Source: Vermamoeba vermiformis
Taxonomy: Eukaryota
Assembly: GCA_045837725.1 (NCBI GenBank)
Contig: JBEWZL010000308.1
Location: 59,851 to 79,850, forward strand
DNA: 20,000 nt
Direction: 5' to 3'
The notes beneath the pieces were generated by a model. The model was not told where the DNA came from, did not search any database, and was given only the letters and a program-made list of their open reading frames with translations. A program made the translations under genes and the position numbers. Shown in pieces: positions 17,193 to 20,000 of the stretch; the stretch's first letter is position 1; every line of letters begins with the position of its first letter.

Positions 17193-20000
17193 TTAGTTGA
17201 GTACAGTTTTGATCTCGTTGGGAACAGCATCACCTCGTTTGATCAAAGTGACCGAGTCTGATGCTGGCAAGCGAGTCGAGTGACCACTGATCTCTTCGTC
17301 TGGGTACCCAAAGCGAACAACAATCAGTGGCATCTCGTTGTCTTTGATTTGTGGAACAATGTGACGCAACAGATCCAACTGTTCGAAGAAGTCAGGTGTT
17401 TCTTCTGTCACTTCTGATCGAATCTTTTCACCGAATGCTGATAGTCTGCCGTTCAAAGGCCACAACAAGCGTTGCAACAAGAATGCTGTGGTCCATGGCT
17501 GAGTGGCAATGTTGTATTCGGTGCATTTGAGCATTGCACTGATCAAGGTCGCACCGAGAGCATTGGTCAGTTCGTTCAGTGAATGATCACGTGGTCCAAC
17601 GAACAGTAGTAAACCAGCGGAATGGAAGATCTTCTGACCAGTAGCGATACCAAGAGCTTTGTGTGCTTTCATCGTCATGATGGTGTTCTGATCCATCGTC
17701 ACCACTTTTGTTGCAGTCACAAGTTGCATTTGGCCCAGTTCAAGTGCGTCCAATGGGATCGTGTGGTTACGTTGTTCTTCTTCCACGCCAATGTTTCCAA
17801 TCAGTCCTTTGCGAACACAATCACTGATGTATGAGTTTGTTTCGACATCTTCAACGTATCGTGAGATCATCTCGATCTGTGCTGGATCGTTGATCACAAG
17901 AACACGAACTGGATCTTGACTCAGCGCTGGATTTGAGAGGTGTTGAAGTGTTCTCATTGGCACCACACGTCGTTTTGAGTAGTAGTGACGATTTGTCACT
18001 CGTTGTGAAACAAGTGACTCGAATTGCTTCGCCGCCTCCAGTCGTTCTTGTCGCGAGGTGTTTGACGAAGACTGAGCCACATTTGCTCGTGTCAATTGGG
18101 GCGAGCTCGGTTGTGTCAGAGAGTCTTGACTAGTTGGTGTAACTTGTTGTGGCAATACATTCACGGTTGGTAATCGCCTGAGCTCGCCGTGTTGAACTTT
18201 GCCTTGAACAGGCTGCTTGGGCAGCCCCATTTTCTTAGGAGCTTGACCTAATTGGTCGCGTGGCATGACAGGAGAGTTCGGTTGTTTAGGAGTGCTGGCG
18301 GGAGAGTTGATCATCTTGGGTCGATTGATCGCTCCCAAACTGTGTTGTCGCTTCATTAATGCTGGCTTAGCAGTTCCAGCGCCAGCTGGGGCAATCGATA
18401 TCACCATAAAAGGTTCCATTTCAAGATTGGCATTGCTCTCAAGAACTTGTTGTGTCACTTGGAAGCCATATCCAACAAGAAGTTGTTTCATCACGTGGAT
18501 CGCTGCACCCATTCCAACACGATCGTAGAATGACATGCTATCGACTGCCAAAAAGAATGGTGGAATGCGTTTCTTGTTCAGGCACAACACAATCTTCAGA
18601 TTGGTCTCATCGATGAAGATCTTCCAAGGCTGAACATTGTGTCCCGATGGTGCCATGAGACTGAAGTACACTGCTCGATGAATGGCCGCCACGGGATTGA
18701 TTGGTCCTGATTCAGGAATGTCGATGCGAAGCAAGTCATTGGGCACTCGCTTCTCGAGGTTGTCAAGTGTTGGAACGCTTTGAAGGTTGAGCGTTTCACG
18801 CACGGAAGGAAGCTTCATGTAACTTGTGCCTAAACGCGTCATTAGTAAAACTATCTTTACGGAGACTATCACGTACCTTCTCGCTCGAGTAACTTGACCA
18901 AGTTGTCGACAACCACGTCAATAGCTCTGCTGTCACGGATGATGGTGAGATGATCGCCTGGTGTCATTGTAACATCGACGTTTTCGTGAAGAGTTTTCCA
19001 GCCCAAGTCATTCATGCCCATCGGATTGTAATAGTTGTAAAGAGCCCACTTCTGCTGTGCTGAAAGCAATGTGATGCGTCCACGCAATGGTTTGAAGCGA
19101 TAGTTTGTGAGAAGTCCTGATGATGATGCAAAGTGTGCCAACGCTCGCTCAACAAACGGAACAAGAATCTTCTTGTCGATCTTGTCGCTGAATGCATCGA
19201 TCAGTGCTTGCTTTTGTTGTTGAGGTGTCTTCAAGTGTTTGAAGTGTTCTTCAGTCAAGTCACTTGTCTTGCCAATCAGTGCCATCGCAATCTCGAACGA
19301 GATCATTCTGAAGATTGTTGGTGCTGAGATGTCTGACAAACCTCGTGCATTCACGATTGAAGGGGCTGTCGAGTCAATCATTGCAACAGTACACACGTTG
19401 CATCCTTTCTGAAGCATTTGATGTGCCATCTCGCAAACAAGAACACCACCAAAGCAATAACCTGCCAAGTGGTAGATGCCACTGCTTTGTACTTTCATCA
19501 GAAGCTTCACGTAGATGTCTGCGAACTCTTCCATTGTCGCTGGATGGTCATCGTCGGTCTCTTTCACGTCGAGTGGTGTTGAGTCTTGGAAACTGTAAAC
19601 TGTGACGTAAGGAGGAAACTTTGATGCGACATCCTTGAAAACAACACCGTTTCTGAACGCTCCATGAACCAAGAAGATGTTCGTTGCTGGTGCTTCTGTT
19701 GCTTCTTTCAGTTTCACGCATTCATAATGCGTCAACGGCTTCTTCTTAAATCGTTCAAGTGAGCTTTCTGATTGTTGTTTGGCTGCTTGGACATCGAACA
19801 ACTTGGCAAGCTCTCCTGGTGACGCGTTGTCAAAGAACTGTTTCAGTTCGAGTTTGACATTGAGTGCTTCGCTGATCTTGTTGACGAGAGTGAATGCGTG
19901 AAGACTTGAGCCTCCCAAGTCGAAGAAGTTGCTGTTCGATCCGATCTTTGATTGATCGATACTCAGTACCTCGGCGAAGCACTTGGCGATTGTTTTCTCG
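17193..20000 (-). CDS. 3' part of an NRPS-type megasynthetase: carrier protein (PCP), thioesterase with Cys nucleophile, Acg-like FMN nitroreductase domain; exons >20000-18877 and 18829-17193 (919 aa visible)
   Basis: Open to the window edge. EKTIAKCFAEVLSIDQSKIGSNSNFFDLGGSSL is a PCP with the phosphopantetheine Ser at 19906-19904. TE motifs IFLVHG, LAGYCFGG, MIDS and PGDH. A 47-nt intron at 18876-18830 (GTACGT...TACTAAT...TTTAG) joins in frame to APSGHNVQPW...RVTNR...VVRFGYP. AATAAA on - at 17182-17177. Confidence 0.88.

Noticed and set aside
17193-18872. Stand-alone 559-aa nitroreductase starting at GTG 18872 and overlapping the TE stop like a bacterial operon
   Set aside because: The apparent N-terminus (MIVSVKIVLLMTRL) is a canonical intron with donor, branch site and acceptor that restores frame with the TE exon. 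Neighbouring genes are clearly spliced.

Overview
Gene-dense eukaryotic genomic DNA with short GT-AG spliceosomal introns (47-154 nt, CTAAY/CTGAY-like branch sites), so the ORF track splits most genes. A free-living protist such as an amoebozoan is my inference, not something the sequence proves. Manual splicing gives nine protein-coding genes: (1) the 3' end of an RI-like LRR gene; (2) a small 2-exon membrane protein; (3) a 4-exon membrane protein with a mitochondrial-type presequence that resembles prokaryotic DUF4013; (4) a ~1785-aa protein with 13 exactly periodic 78-aa His-motif helical repeats and an uncharacterised C-terminal region; (5) a Zn2Cys6 (GAL4-type) transcription factor; (6) an endonuclease/exonuclease/phosphatase (EEP) protein, head-to-head with (7) a nitrilase-family amidase, with only 64 bp between their start codons; (8) an isochorismatase-family protein lacking the catalytic Cys; (9) the 3' part of an NRPS-type megasynthetase. 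The most notable signal is the end of gene 9: carrier protein, then a thioesterase with a Cys nucleophile (GYCFGG), then, across a 47-nt junction intron, an Acg-like FMN nitroreductase domain. It sits next to the amidase, isochorismatase and Zn2Cys6 genes, which makes a candidate eukaryotic biosynthetic gene cluster. The 78-aa repeat protein is the second major candidate for novelty.
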